Notes: generated by a model from the sequence alone, not told the origin. A stretch of 64,000 bases of DNA from an uncultured Candidatus Saccharibacteria bacterium (GCA_964387675.1 CAYLWL010000003.1:6436-70435), one strand, 5' to 3'. Shown: positions 19,667 to 29,260, numbered from the stretch's first letter. Numbers and translations are program-made.

Positions 19667-20236
19667 ATGTTAATCGCTCGCAAGCACAAAATGACCCAAA
19701 TTTGGAAGGAGAACACCGTGATTCCCGTCACGGTGCTTAAGGCCGAACCGAATAATGTGGCGATCATCCGTACGAGCGAGAAGGATGGCTATACGGCTCT
19801 CCAGTTGCAGAGCGGGAAAGCGAGAAAAGAATTCGGCAAAAAAGACAAAACTTTGGATATATCGAAATTTAAGACCGGCGACGAGCTCGCGGTCGATTTT
19901 TTTGCCGAAGGAGACACGGTGGCCGTCTCCGGCACCGTGAAAGGCAGGGGATTCCAGGGTACGGTGAAGCGCCATGGCTTCGGCGGCGGACCGAAAACGC
20001 ATGGGCAGAAAAATCGTTTTCGCGCGCCGGGCTCCATCGGTTCCACCGCGTTTCAGCGCGTTGTTCCCGGAAGAAGGATGGCGGGGCACATGGGCACGAA
20101 CCGCGTGACCGTAAAAAATCTGAAGGTAGTTGGCGTGGATAAAGAAAAAGGAATTCTCTTTTTGCGGGGCGCGGTTCCCGGCGCGAGAGGCGGAGTCGTT
20201 GAAATTGTAAAAATCAAAAATCAAAAATCAAAATGA
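19667..20236 (+). CDS. rplC: 50S ribosomal protein L3
   Basis: KGRGFQGTVKRHGF, RAPGSIG, MAGHMG. Confidence 0.97.
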   Translation: MLIARKHKMTQIWKENTVIPVTVLKAEPNNVAIIRTSEKDGYTALQLQSGKARKEFGKKDKTLDISKFKTGDELAVDFFAEGDTVAVSGTVKGRGFQGTVKRHGFGGGPKTHGQKNRFRAPGSIGSTAFQRVVPGRRMAGHMGTNRVTVKNLKVVGVDKEKGILFLRGAVPGARGGVVEIVKIKNQKSK

Positions 20237-20322
20237 CAATGCAAAATGTAAAAATGAATAAATTAAAAGTCGTGTCCGCAGGACCCCATAATTTTGCATT
20301 TTGATATTTACATTTTGCGTTT
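20208..20322. repeat. AAAATCA heptamer hairpin (family B)
   Basis: Supplies L3 C-terminus KIKNQKSK*; shares central spacer with 23986-24108. Confidence 0.9.
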
Positions 20323-20328
20323 ACCAGC

Positions 20329-20982
20329 ATGAAAGCCACCGTTTACAATTTGAAGAACGAAAAAGTGGGCGAGATGGAATTGCCATCGTCGATCTTCGAA
20401 GCGAAGTGGAACCCCGTGCTCGTGGCGCAGGTTTTGCGCGCCCAGCTTGCCAACTCGCGCCGGCCTTGGGCTCACGCGAAAACGAGAGCCGAAGTGCGCG
20501 GCGGAGGCAGAAAACCCTGGAGACAAAAAGGAACAGGCAGAGCGAGGCACGGCTCTACTCGTTCTCCTCTCTGGGTCGGCGGCGGAAAAGCGCACGGCCC
20601 GAACAAACTCCGCGATTATAGCCAGAAAGTCAATAAAAAAATGGCCCGCTTGGCGCTTTTTTCCGCGCTCGCCAAGAAGCTCAAAGAGAACCAGCTCAAA
20701 GTGTTCGAAGACATGAACATTGCGGAGCCGAAAACCAAAGTCCTTTCCGCGACTCTCAAGCATCTTTTAAATTTGAAAAAAGATCACAAGAAGATGGACG
20801 TGCTCATGGTCGCCGACCGAGAGAACGCGAACGTTCGGCGCGCCTCATCTAACCTGGTGAAAGCGAAAACACTCGACGCACAATCGCTTAACATCTACGA
20901 CGTTTTGAACCACAAGAATATTTTCGTCGATAAAGCATCGGTTGGCGCGCTCACGAAACACTATGCTAGAAAACAGAAATGA
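20329..20982 (+). CDS. rplD: 50S ribosomal protein L4
   Basis: KTRAEVRGGGRKPWRQKGTGRARHGS. Confidence 0.98.
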   Translation: MKATVYNLKNEKVGEMELPSSIFEAKWNPVLVAQVLRAQLANSRRPWAHAKTRAEVRGGGRKPWRQKGTGRARHGSTRSPLWVGGGKAHGPNKLRDYSQKVNKKMARLALFSALAKKLKENQLKVFEDMNIAEPKTKVLSATLKHLLNLKKDHKKMDVLMVADRENANVRRASSNLVKAKTLDAQSLNIYDVLNHKNIFVDKASVGALTKHYARKQK

Positions 20983-21053
20983 GAAATGAGACATGAGACA
21001 TGAGAAATGAGGAACGAAATACACGAAACCTAATCCCTCATATCTCATATCTA
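20975..21053. repeat. GAAATGA/TCTCATA heptamer hairpin (family C)
   Basis: agaaatgagaaatgagacatgagacatgagaaatgagg ... cctaatccctcatatctcatatcta. Confidence 0.9.
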
Positions 21054-21058
21054 TCATT

Positions 21059-21331
21059 ATGAATACTTTCATCATCAAAAAGCCATTGATTACGGAACGC
21101 GCGACGAATTTGAGCAAACTCGGCAAATATGTTTTTATGGTTGCCGATTTTGCCACGAAGCCGGAGGTCAAAAAAGCGGTCAAGGAAATTTATAAAGTTG
21201 ATGCCGTTTCCGTGAACATCGTGGTGAAGCCGTCCAAAAAGAAAAGGATGGGATCGCTCAAGGGTCGGCGTAAAGGTTATAAAAAGGCGATTGTTACCCT
21301 GAAGAAAGGGCAGAAAATCGAGATACAGTAA
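21059..21331 (+). CDS. rplW: 50S ribosomal protein L23
   Basis: PLITE, KKAIVTLKKGQKI. Confidence 0.97.
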   Translation: MNTFIIKKPLITERATNLSKLGKYVFMVADFATKPEVKKAVKEIYKVDAVSVNIVVKPSKKKRMGSLKGRRKGYKKAIVTLKKGQKIEIQ

Positions 21332-21409
21332 GAAACTAGAAATGAGACATGAGAAATGAGGAACGAAATACATAAAACCTAATCTCTCATCTCTAATTTC
21401 TCATATCTA
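21331..21409. repeat. Family C hairpin
   Basis: Same arms and gaacgaaatac spacer. Confidence 0.9.
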
Positions 21410-21417
21410 TAAAATCA

Positions 21418-22239
21418 ATGAAAACCTATTCACCAACAACTCCATCGAGGCGAAGCATGACCGGCGTTGACTACGGCGCCTTGAGCAAAAAGCAACCCTA
21501 TAAACCGCTTCTTGTTCGGCTCAAATCAAATGCCGGCAGAAACTCGCAAGGGAGAATCACCGTGCGCCACCAAGGTGGAGGCAACAAAAAGCTGTACAGG
21601 ATGGTCGACTTTATGCAGAATACCCTGAATGCCAAGGCGGCTGTGGAATCGATTGAATACGATCCGTACCGGACGGCGTTCATCGCTCTCATCAAATATC
21701 CGAACAACGCGAAGAGTTATATTCTTGCGCCGAATACGCTGAAAGCGGGAGACACCGTTTTGGTGGCCGAAGCGGCGCCCCTCAAAGTCGGTAATCGTCT
21801 GAAGATGAAGAACATCCCCGTCGGTTACCAGGTGCACAGCGCGGAACTTTTGCCGGGACATGGCGGGAAGCTCGCGCGCTCGGCCGGTTCGTACGCCGAG
21901 GTTTTGGCGAACGCCGACGGTTACACGGACTTGAAATTGTCTTCGGGAGAAGTGCGGCGCGTTCCGTGGGAAGGGTTCGCCTCCGTCGGGCAGGTTTCGA
22001 ACGCGGAGCATAATCTTGTCGTTATCGGCAAGGCGGGAAGATCGCGGTGGCTCGGCGTGCGCCCCACAGTGCGCGGAAAAGCGATGAACCCGGTTGATCA
22101 CCCCTACGGAGGAGGCGAAGGGAGCCAGCCGCGCGGCACGAGAAAACCGAAGACCCTGTGGGGCAAGATCACCGGCGGCCATAAAACTCGAAACAAAAAG
22201 AAGTGGTCGAGCAAGATGATAGTTAAACGCAGAAAGTAG
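21418..22239 (+). CDS. rplB: 50S ribosomal protein L2
   Basis: GRNSQGRITVRHQGGG, EYDPYR, MNPVDHPYGGGEG. Confidence 0.98.
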   Translation: MKTYSPTTPSRRSMTGVDYGALSKKQPYKPLLVRLKSNAGRNSQGRITVRHQGGGNKKLYRMVDFMQNTLNAKAAVESIEYDPYRTAFIALIKYPNNAKSYILAPNTLKAGDTVLVAEAAPLKVGNRLKMKNIPVGYQVHSAELLPGHGGKLARSAGSYAEVLANADGYTDLKLSSGEVRRVPWEGFASVGQVSNAEHNLVVIGKAGRSRWLGVRPTVRGKAMNPVDHPYGGGEGSQPRGTRKPKTLWGKITGGHKTRNKKKWSSKMIVKRRK

Positions 22240-22308
22240 AAATGAGGCATGAGAAATGAGGAACGAAATACACAAAACCTAATCTCTCATATCTAATTTC
22301 TCATATCT
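22237..22308. repeat. Family C hairpin
   Basis: Near-identical to 21331-21409. Confidence 0.9.
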
Positions 22309-22314
22309 TTTACC

Positions 22315-22641
22315 ATGTCCAGAAGTTCCAAAAAGGGTCCCTACGTCGATCCAAAACTCTTAAAAAAGATTTCCAAACTGAAGCCGGAGAGCGCGCCGGT
22401 TATTAAAACGTGGTCCAGAGCATCCGAGATTTCTCCGGAAATGGTTGGTTTTATCATCGGCGTTCACAACGGCAAAGTGTTTACCGAGGTCAGAATTTCG
22501 GAGGATATGGTGGGCCATCGGCTCGGCGAGTTTTCTCCGACGAGAAAATTCGTGCGGCACGGCGGAAAGATACAAAAAGAACTGGAGCAAAAGACCGCGC
22601 AGGCAGCGGCTCCGGCGGCGGCAAAAGAAACCAAAAAGTAA
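22315..22641 (+). CDS. rpsS: 30S ribosomal protein S19
   Basis: [26 protein letters not shown]. Confidence 0.98.
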   Translation: MSRSSKKGPYVDPKLLKKISKLKPESAPVIKTWSRASEISPEMVGFIIGVHNGKVFTEVRISEDMVGHRLGEFSPTRKFVRHGGKIQKELEQKTAQAAAPAAAKETKK

Positions 22642-22724
22642 TCACTAATAACGCGAATACCGGCAAATAACGCTAAGACGACTCGCATTATTACCTAAAA
22701 ACGATTAGCATTATTCGCGAATAC
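22639..22724. repeat. AATAACGCG-unit hairpin (family D), empty
   Basis: taatcactaataacgcgaat ... attagcattattcgcgaata; same arms as the GxxExxY flanks. Confidence 0.85.
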
Positions 22725-22728
22725 TCCC

Positions 22729-23250
22729 ATGACGAAGCAAACGGCAAAACTGAATTACTTGCGAATGACGCCACGAAAAGTGCGGCTGGTTGCCGATCTT
22801 ATCAAGGGCCTGCCTATTAACGAAGCCGAGGCCCAGCTTTTGACGATCCGCAAAAGAGCTGCGGTGCCGCTGTTGAAACTTCTGCGTTCGGCGATGGCCA
22901 ACGTGAAGAACAATAAAAAGTTGAGCGAAGAGAGATTTTTCATAGAAACCTTGAAGGTGGACGGCGGGCCGATGCTCAAACGGTTCCTTCCGCGCGCGCG
23001 CGGCATGGCAACGCCGATTCAGAAAAAAATGAGCCACGTGACGATGGTGCTCGCGGAGCATCCGGACGCGAAGCCGCCTCGGTTCAAGATCGTAGTTCGG
23101 AAGAAAACCAAACTGCCGCCCGGTTCCGAGGGCCCGGTCCGGAGACAAAAGCCAGAGAGGCCGAAAAAGCCGGAACAGGAGGGAGCGAAACCGAAGTCGA
23201 CCGGTTTCTTCAAGAAACTATTCAGGCGGAAAGCCGGATTCGCTAAATAA
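22729..23250 (+). CDS. rplV: 50S ribosomal protein L22 with C-terminal extension
   Basis: PRKVRLVADLIKG, GPMLKRFLPRARG. Confidence 0.97.
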   Translation: MTKQTAKLNYLRMTPRKVRLVADLIKGLPINEAEAQLLTIRKRAAVPLLKLLRSAMANVKNNKKLSEERFFIETLKVDGGPMLKRFLPRARGMATPIQKKMSHVTMVLAEHPDAKPPRFKIVVRKKTKLPPGSEGPVRRQKPERPKKPEQEGAKPKSTGFFKKLFRRKAGFAK

Positions 23251-23325
23251 GAAAACAGAAATGAGAAAGGAGAAATTAGGAACGCTTAACGACCTCATTT
23301 CTCATATCTAATCTCTCATCTCTAA
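23250..23325. repeat. Family C hairpin
   Basis: agaaatgagaaaggagaaattagg ... cctcatttctcatatctaatctctcatctctaa. Confidence 0.88.
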
Positions 23326-23329
23326 CACC

Positions 23330-24001
23330 ATGGGACACAAAATTAATCCATTATCACTACGAGTCGGCGTCACGAAGAACTGGCCAGTCAGATGGTTTAT
23401 TAAAGGTAAGTACGCCAAGTTTTTGGAGGAGGACGAAGCGATACGGAACGTGATCAGGTTGAAAATCGGCCAGGCCGGCATTTCCGCGATCGAGATAGAA
23501 CGAACCCAAGGGAGCGTCAAAGTTTTCATCAAAGCCGCGAGGCCCGGGTTCGTAATCGGCCGAGGCGGAAAAGGCATCGAGGATCTGAACAAAGCAATAG
23601 AGAAGGCCTTGAAAAAGGTCCGCAAAGTAAAAACCGCGATTGCTTTAAGCGTGAACGTGGAGGAATTGAAGAGATCGGAAATCGCCGCGCCGTACGTCGC
23701 CCAGCAAATCGCCTGGGATCTCGAGAAGCGTCTGCCGTTCCGGAGAACGCTGAAAAAATATCTTGAAGGAATTATGCAAAACAGGGAAGTGAAGGGAGCG
23801 AAGATCATGATGTCGGGCAGATTGGACGGCAACGAAATAGCGAGGACGGAGTGGCTGGCCAAGGGGTCATTGCCTCTTCAGACATTCCGCGCCGACATCG
23901 ACTATGGAACATCCACCGCTTTTACGACCTATGGAACAATCGGAATAAAGGTGTGGATATATAAGGGCGAGATATTCGCTGACGCTCAAAATAAAAATTA
24001 A
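23330..24001 (+). CDS. rpsC: 30S ribosomal protein S3
   Basis: MGHKINP, SGRLDGNEIAR, YGTIGIKVWIY. Confidence 0.98.
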   Translation: MGHKINPLSLRVGVTKNWPVRWFIKGKYAKFLEEDEAIRNVIRLKIGQAGISAIEIERTQGSVKVFIKAARPGFVIGRGGKGIEDLNKAIEKALKKVRKVKTAIALSVNVEELKRSEIAAPYVAQQIAWDLEKRLPFRRTLKKYLEGIMQNREVKGAKIMMSGRLDGNEIARTEWLAKGSLPLQTFRADIDYGTSTAFTTYGTIGIKVWIYKGEIFADAQNKN

Positions 24002-24108
24002 AAAATCAAAAATCAAGATGACAATGCAAAATGTAAAATTAAATAAATTAAAAGTCGTGTCCGCAGGACCCCTAAATTTTGCATTTTGATCTTTGCATTT
24101 TGCATTTA
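23986..24108. repeat. Family B hairpin
   Basis: Near-identical to 20208-20322 including spacer aaattaaaagtcgtgtccgcaggacccc. Confidence 0.9.
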
Positions 24109-24113
24109 CTGAT

Positions 24114-24524
24114 ATGTTGATTCCAAAGAAAGTAAAACATCGTAAGTGGCAGAAAGGCCGCTCGAAGAGACGGCTTGTGGAAACGCGCGGTCTTACTTTG
24201 AATTATGGCCAATATGGTTTAAAATCCCTGGAAGCGGCGTGGCTCAATTCTCGCCAGATCGAGGCGGCGCGGAAAACCATAACGAATTTCTTGAAGCGCA
24301 GCGGCCGCCTGTGGATCAGGGTTTTTCCGGATAAACCGATCACTCAGCAAGCTCCGGAGAAAACGTTGGGCGGCGGCAAGGGCAGTGTCGAATATTATGT
24401 TTTTCCGGTGAGGCCGGGGAGGATTATTTTCGAGATTGACGGCGTTCCCAAAGAAACCGCCACCGAGGCGCTCCGGCTGGCTTCTTATAAACTGCCGTTC
24501 AAAAGCAGAATCATAACCAAATAA
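24114..24524 (+). CDS. rplP: 50S ribosomal protein L16
   Basis: MLIPKKVKHRK, RQIEAAR, WIRVFPDKP. Confidence 0.98.
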   Translation: MLIPKKVKHRKWQKGRSKRRLVETRGLTLNYGQYGLKSLEAAWLNSRQIEAARKTITNFLKRSGRLWIRVFPDKPITQQAPEKTLGGGKGSVEYYVFPVRPGRIIFEIDGVPKETATEALRLASYKLPFKSRIITK

Positions 24525-24525
24525 C

Positions 24526-24625
24526 AAGCGAAATACTAATATACTAATTCGTGCGAATGATACTAATGGATACTAATTCGTATTATTTGTATCATTAGCA
24601 TGCATTCGTATATTGGTATCACATT
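24526..24625. repeat. Family A hairpin
   Basis: Identical to 19566-19665. Confidence 0.95.
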
Positions 24626-24629
24626 ATTC

Positions 24630-24836
24630 ATGAGAAAGAAAGAAATCCAAGAATTAAAAATGAAGCCCGCGGCCGAGCTCCAAAAGTTCCTGAAAGACGG
24701 ACGGGAACGGCTCCGCTCGTTGAAGTTCGATTTGGCCGCAGGCAAAGTGAAAAACGTGAAGGAGCTCCGCACGCTCAAAAAAGACCTCGCGAGAGCCAAC
24801 ACGTTCATACACGCTTCCCGGTCGGGGAATAAATAA
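24630..24836 (+). CDS. rpmC: 50S ribosomal protein L29
   Basis: Operon position; LKFDLAAGKVKNVKELRTLKKDLAR. Confidence 0.93.
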   Translation: MRKKEIQELKMKPAAELQKFLKDGRERLRSLKFDLAAGKVKNVKELRTLKKDLARANTFIHASRSGNK

Positions 24837-24840
24837 ACTT

Positions 24841-25107
24841 ATGGAACAAGTCAAAAAAAGAAAAATAACCGGCGTCGTGGTCAGCGACAAAATGATGAAA
24901 ACGAGAGTGGTTGAGGTCAAACGATCGAAGAAGCACCCGAAGTATCTCAAGTACTACACGGTGACGACCAAGTTTAAAGCCCATGACGAAAAGAACGATT
25001 ACCACGTGGGCGATGTGGTTATTATGGAAGAAACCAGGCCTCTCTCGAAAGAGAAGAGGTGGCGCATTATTGGAGTAGTCGCTAATAATGCGAATAAAAA
25101 GAGGTAA
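24841..25107 (+). CDS. rpsQ: 30S ribosomal protein S17
   Basis: GVVVSDKM, HPKY, KAHDE, ETRPLSK. Confidence 0.97.
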   Translation: MEQVKKRKITGVVVSDKMMKTRVVEVKRSKKHPKYLKYYTVTTKFKAHDEKNDYHVGDVVIMEETRPLSKEKRWRIIGVVANNANKKR

Positions 25108-25157
25108 TAACGCGAATCCGCGTTATTAAATAAAAATTAGCGTTATTCGCGAATACT
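25072..25157. repeat. Family D hairpin, empty; overlaps S17 C-terminus
   Basis: ggagtagtcgctaataatgcgaat ... attagcgttattcgcgaatact. Confidence 0.85.
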
Positions 25158-25160
25158 ACA

Positions 25161-25529
25161 ATGATCCAAGAACGCTCAATACTCAAGGTGGCCGACAACA
25201 GCGGCGCGAAGATCGTGCGGTGCTTTAGAATTCTGGGCGGCACAAGAAGGCGATACGCGAGGATCGGCGATATCATCGTGACCTCCGTTCAGGTGGCCGA
25301 GCCGCGCAAGACCATCAAGAAAAAAGACATTGTGAAGGTTCTGATCGTTCGGCAGAGAGCTCCGTTGCGGCGCAAAGACGGCTCGTATATCCGTTTCGAC
25401 GACAACGCCGTCGTGGTGATAGATGCCAAGCGCGAGCCGGTCGCGACAAGAATCTTCGGCCCGATGCCGCGCGAGCTCAAAGAAAAAGGGTTCGATACCC
25501 TTATGACAATGGCGGAAGAAATCGTATAA
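25161..25529 (+). CDS. rplN: 50S ribosomal protein L14
   Basis: VADNSGAK, IRFDDNA, TRIFGP. Confidence 0.98.
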   Translation: MIQERSILKVADNSGAKIVRCFRILGGTRRRYARIGDIIVTSVQVAEPRKTIKKKDIVKVLIVRQRAPLRRKDGSYIRFDDNAVVVIDAKREPVATRIFGPMPRELKEKGFDTLMTMAEEIV

Positions 25530-25625
25530 GCGAGATACTAATATACTAATTCGTGCGAATGATACTAATGAATACTAATTCGTATTATTTGTATCATTAG
25601 CATGCATTCGTATATTGGTATCACA
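25529..25625. repeat. Family A hairpin
   Basis: Two substitutions relative to the 19566 copy. Confidence 0.95.
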
Positions 25626-25630
25626 TGTAT

Positions 25631-25936
25631 ATGAACATTAAAAAAGGTGACCAAGTAAAAATTCTTTCCGGAAAAGACCGGGGCAAAACCGGAGCCGTGT
25701 TAAACGTTTTCCCGAAAGACGGGAAAATTTCGGTGGAAGGATTGAACGTGTATAAAAAACGGGTGCGCCCGAAGCGCCAGGGGCAGAAGGGCGAAACGGT
25801 TTTAGTGCCGAGGTCTTTTTACGCTTCCAAGGCGATGGTGATCTGTTCGAATTGCAAAGAGCCGGCTCGTTTGGGTCATCGTTTGGAAGGCAAGAAGAAG
25901 GTCCGCTACTGCAAAAAGTGTAAAGCGGCGATATAG
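25631..25936 (+). CDS. rplX: 50S ribosomal protein L24
   Basis: IKKGDQVKILSGKDRGK KOW motif. Confidence 0.97.
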   Translation: MNIKKGDQVKILSGKDRGKTGAVLNVFPKDGKISVEGLNVYKKRVRPKRQGQKGETVLVPRSFYASKAMVICSNCKEPARLGHRLEGKKKVRYCKKCKAAI

Positions 25937-25944
25937 TAAGAAAC

Positions 25945-26463
25945 ATGACACAGCACAAATCTAAACAATCAAATCTTGGCTTTGAAGCAACAAAGTTTCT
26001 TGAGAAAGTTGTGATTGACGTTGGCGTGGGACGCTTGAGCGGCCAGCCGAATTTCGAAGAAAAAGCGCTCTCTCAAATCACGAAAGATCTCTCTCTCGTT
26101 GCTGGTCAGAAGCCGCAGGTGAGGCGCGCGAAGAAGTCAATCGCCGGATTCAAAACGAGGGAAGGCCAGATCGTCGGTTTAAGAGTAACGCTCCGAAAAA
26201 AGAAAATGGTTGATTTTTTCGAGCGGCTCATTAGAATAGTATTGCCGCGCGTGCGAGATTTCAGGGGGCTCGATCCGAACATTATCGATCAAGGCGGCAC
26301 GTTGAACATCGGCCTCAAGGAATCAGTTGTTTTTCCGGAAATCAACCCGGAGCAGTCGCCCATTTCATTTTCGCTGGGAATCAGCGCGGTTCCAAGAATA
26401 AAAAATCGGGAAAAATCAGTCGAACACTTCAGAGCCCTCGGGGTACCATTAAAAAAGAAATGA
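25945..26463 (+). CDS. rplE: 50S ribosomal protein L5
   Basis: GQKP, AKKSIAGFK, LPRVRDFRG. Confidence 0.97.
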   Translation: MTQHKSKQSNLGFEATKFLEKVVIDVGVGRLSGQPNFEEKALSQITKDLSLVAGQKPQVRRAKKSIAGFKTREGQIVGLRVTLRKKKMVDFFERLIRIVLPRVRDFRGLDPNIIDQGGTLNIGLKESVVFPEINPEQSPISFSLGISAVPRIKNREKSVEHFRALGVPLKKK

Positions 26464-26526
26464 GAAATAAAGAAATGAGAAATTAGGATTTTCGTCCTCA
26501 TGTCTCATCTCTTATGCCTCATATCT
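26456..26526. repeat. Family C hairpin
   Basis: agaaatgagaaataaagaaatgagaaattagg ... cctcatgtctcatctcttatgcctcatatct. Confidence 0.88.
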
Positions 26527-26533
26527 TGTCACC

Positions 26534-26719
26534 ATGCCTAAAACATCCTGGATAGCAAGAAGTAAAAAACAGCCGAAACATAAAACACGCGACGTGAATC
26601 GGTGTTTTCGATGCGGCAGAAAACGCGGCTATATGCGGGATTTTAATCTTTGCAGGATTTGTTTTCGGGAAATGGCGAGCCATCAAGAGATACCCGGAGT
26701 AAAAAAAGCAAGCTGGTAA
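26534..26719 (+). CDS. rpsN: 30S ribosomal protein S14 (zinc-binding type Z)
   Basis: RCFRCGR...[17 protein letters not shown]. Confidence 0.97.
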   Translation: MPKTSWIARSKKQPKHKTRDVNRCFRCGRKRGYMRDFNLCRICFREMASHQEIPGVKKASW

Positions 26720-26723
26720 ATTC

Positions 26724-27101
26724 ATGTATTACGATTTATTGCCAAAACTGAAGAATGCCGAAGCCGCGGGGAAAGAAACGGTTTTGGCGCCTTTTTCCAA
26801 GATGGATCTGAGCGTCTGCAAAATTCTTGCCGACGCCGGTTATATCAAAGACGCCAAAGAAAAAACACTGGGCCGCAAGAGATTTATCGAAATCCGGATG
26901 TTCGGCAGAAGAAAGCGCCTCATCAACGGCGTGAAGATTATGAGCAAGCCAAGCAGGCATTTGTATTTTTCGTATACCGACCTCCGCCCGGTGAAAAGCG
27001 GCCACGGGATCGGCGTCATATCGACTTCCAAAGGGATGATGACGCAAAAAGAAGCCAGAAAAAAGAAGGTCGGCGGGGAATATTTGTTCCAAATATGGTG
27101 A
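26724..27101 (+). CDS. rpsH: 30S ribosomal protein S8
   Basis: SKPSR, STSKGMMT, VGGE. Confidence 0.96.
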   Translation: MYYDLLPKLKNAEAAGKETVLAPFSKMDLSVCKILADAGYIKDAKEKTLGRKRFIEIRMFGRRKRLINGVKIMSKPSRHLYFSYTDLRPVKSGHGIGVISTSKGMMTQKEARKKKVGGEYLFQIW

Positions 27102-27106
27102 ATAGC

Positions 27107-27191
27107 TAGAAATCAGATATGAGATATGAGACATGAGAAATGAGGGACGAAATAAAAACCTAATTTCTCATTTCTAATTACTCATCTCTAA
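27107..27191. repeat. Family C hairpin
   Basis: tagaaatcagatatgagatatgagacatgagaaatgagg ... cctaatttctcatttctaattactcatctctaa. Confidence 0.9.
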
Positions 27192-27196
27192 CTACC

Positions 27197-27745
27197 ATGA
27201 GCCGTTTAATCAAAAAACCAGTTCAAATATTGCCCGGCGTCCAGGTAAAAATAGACGGCGACTTTTTGGTTTTTAACGGCCCGAAAGGCGAGAACCGGCT
27301 CAGGATACCGGCATCGGTTGAGTTAAAAATTGACGCGGAGAACATTTGGCTCACGGCGAAAACGGAAAGCGAGCTCAATAAGGCCGTGTACGGAACAACG
27401 TGGTCGCTCATCAGGAATTCCGTGAATGGCGCCGCGAACGGCTTTATGAAGGTTTTAGAGATTGAGGGGGTTGGCTACCGCGCGGCTCTTGAGGGCAAGG
27501 AATTGGTTCTCTCGCTGGGTTATGTGAATCCGGTGCGCGTCAAGGTGCCGGACGGCATCGCAATCGAGGTTGAGAAAAACGTCATAAAAGTTTCCGGACA
27601 CGATAAAGATTTAGTCGGCAGAACCGCCTCGACTATCCGGGCCCTCAAAAAACCGGAGCCGTACAAGGGAAAGGGAATCCGATATCGGGGAGAAATTATC
27701 CGGAGGAAGGTCGGCAAGAAAGCGGGAGCGACGGCCGCCACATAA
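27197..27745 (+). CDS. rplF: 50S ribosomal protein L6
   Basis: GVGYRA, KPEPYKGKGIRY. Confidence 0.98.
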   Translation: MSRLIKKPVQILPGVQVKIDGDFLVFNGPKGENRLRIPASVELKIDAENIWLTAKTESELNKAVYGTTWSLIRNSVNGAANGFMKVLEIEGVGYRAALEGKELVLSLGYVNPVRVKVPDGIAIEVEKNVIKVSGHDKDLVGRTASTIRALKKPEPYKGKGIRYRGEIIRRKVGKKAGATAAT

Positions 27746-27824
27746 GAAATAAGACATGAGAAATGAGAGATGAGGAACGGAACACGTAAAAACCTAATTT
27801 CTCATTTCTAATTACTCATCTCTA
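27743..27824. repeat. Family C hairpin
   Basis: Right arm identical to those at 27159 and 28786. Confidence 0.9.
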
Positions 27825-27835
27825 TTATATATACC

Positions 27836-28189
27836 ATGAACCCCAGAAAACGTCTCAACAAAATACGGACGCGACGAACGGCAAGAACACGGGCCAAGAT
27901 TTTCGGCACGGCGAAAAAGCCGCGTCTTGCCGTGTCGCGCAGTAACCGTTATATTTATGCCCAGTTGATCAACGACGAAGCTGGACGAACCGTGGTTCAT
28001 GGTTCGGGCCAGGAGGTGAAGGGCAAGAAGCCGAAAACGGAAGTTGCCGCCTTGGTGGGAGAGTTGATCGGAAAAAGGGCGGTGGAAAAAGGGGTTACCT
28101 CGGCGGTTTTTGATCGCCGCGCGTATAAGTATCATGGTCGAATTAAGGCGCTGGCCGAAGGAGCGCGAAAGGCCGGACTTAAGTTATAA
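27836..28189 (+). CDS. rplR: 50S ribosomal protein L18
   Basis: [20 protein letters not shown]. Confidence 0.97.
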   Translation: MNPRKRLNKIRTRRTARTRAKIFGTAKKPRLAVSRSNRYIYAQLINDEAGRTVVHGSGQEVKGKKPKTEVAALVGELIGKRAVEKGVTSAVFDRRAYKYHGRIKALAEGARKAGLKL

Positions 28190-28261
28190 GACATCAGAAA
28201 CTAGACATCAGAAATCAGAACGTAGCCAACCCAAACTAATTACTGATAACTGATAACTAAT
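28187..28261. repeat. ATCAGAA/CTGATAA heptamer hairpin (family C variant)
   Basis: taagacatcagaaactagacatcagaaatcag ... ctaattactgataactgataactaat. Confidence 0.8.
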
Positions 28262-28271
28262 CCCTATTAAT

Positions 28272-28736
28272 ATGTTTCGACGTCCCGAGAAAAACTTAAA
28301 AAAAGAAGAGTTCAAAGATAAGGTGTTGGATCTGCGGCGGGTTACTCGCGTTGTTGCCGGAGGAAAACGCTTTCGTTTTCGCGCCACCGTGGTGCTTGGC
28401 GATGAGAAAGGCAGGGTGGGCATAGGCGTGGCGAAGGGGCTCGATGTCGCTCAATCCGTGGCGAAAGCGAAAACGGCGGCAAATAAGAATATGATGAGGA
28501 TTCCCCTTAAAGACGAACGGACGATAGCTCACGAGGTGTACGCGAAATACAGCGCCGCCAAGGTGCTCTTGAAGCCCGCCGGTTCCGGCCACGGTCTCCG
28601 GGCCGGAGGAGCGGTGCGTTCCGTGTTGGCCTTGGTCGGCATAAAAGACGCTACCGCGAAATGTCTTGGCAGGACCCCCAACAAACTGACGAATGCCATG
28701 GCAACGCTCGAGGCGTTGAAAAAATTAAAAGCATGA
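28272..28736 (+). CDS. rpsE: 30S ribosomal protein S5
   Basis: RVTRVVAGGKRFRF, AGGAVRSVL. Confidence 0.97.
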   Translation: MFRRPEKNLKKEEFKDKVLDLRRVTRVVAGGKRFRFRATVVLGDEKGRVGIGVAKGLDVAQSVAKAKTAANKNMMRIPLKDERTIAHEVYAKYSAAKVLLKPAGSGHGLRAGGAVRSVLALVGIKDATAKCLGRTPNKLTNAMATLEALKKLKA

Positions 28737-28738
28737 AA

Positions 28739-28817
28739 AGGAATTAGACGAGAGACATTAGACATTAGGAACGACTTACATAAAACCTAATTTCTCATTT
28801 CTAATTACTCATCTCTA
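28739..28817. repeat. Family C hairpin (at the usual rpmD position)
   Basis: aggaattagacgagagacattagacattagg ... cctaatttctcatttctaattactcatctcta. Confidence 0.88.
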
Positions 28818-28822
28818 TTACC

Positions 28823-29260
28823 ATGCAGCTGCACGAGCTCAAAAAATTCAGAAATAAAAACAAAAAACGCATCGGCCGCGGCGGCAAGCGCGGCAGTTAT
28901 TCGGGGCGCGGCGTGAAGGGTCAGAAATCGAGAGCGGGGAGGAGGATTCGCCCGGCAGAAAGAGATTTGATTATACGCCTGCCGAAGCGGCGCGGTTTTC
29001 GAAACAAACCCAAGAGTCCCAAGCCGATGGTTTTCAACCTGAAAGATTTGTCGAAGTATATCAAGACCCATTCCGAGAAAGGGAAAAGTTTGGTTATCGA
29101 TAAAACGTTCTTGCGGGAAGTCGGTCTTGTGCCGACCCATTATCGCGGTGAAGTGAAAATCTTGGGAATGGGAGAGGTGTATGCCCCCGTGAAAGTTCAA
29201 GGATTAAAATTGTCGAAGAGTGCTAAGATGAAGGTTGAGAAAGTAAGATATGAGAAATGA
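28823..29260 (+). CDS. rplO: 50S ribosomal protein L15
   Basis: RIGRGGKRG, GRGVKGQKSR, LPKRRGF. Confidence 0.96.
   Translation: MQLHELKKFRNKNKKRIGRGGKRGSYSGRGVKGQKSRAGRRIRPAERDLIIRLPKRRGFRNKPKSPKPMVFNLKDLSKYIKTHSEKGKSLVIDKTFLREVGLVPTHYRGEVKILGMGEVYAPVKVQGLKLSKSAKMKVEKVRYEK

Noticed and set aside
20234-20236. TGA recoding (genetic code 25)
   Set aside because: TGA ends rplC, rplD, rpsH, rpsE and murA at expected lengths, and conserved genes have no in-frame TGA.
28736-28823. Missing rpmD (L30) as a novelty
   Set aside because: Loss of L30 is an established CPR trait.
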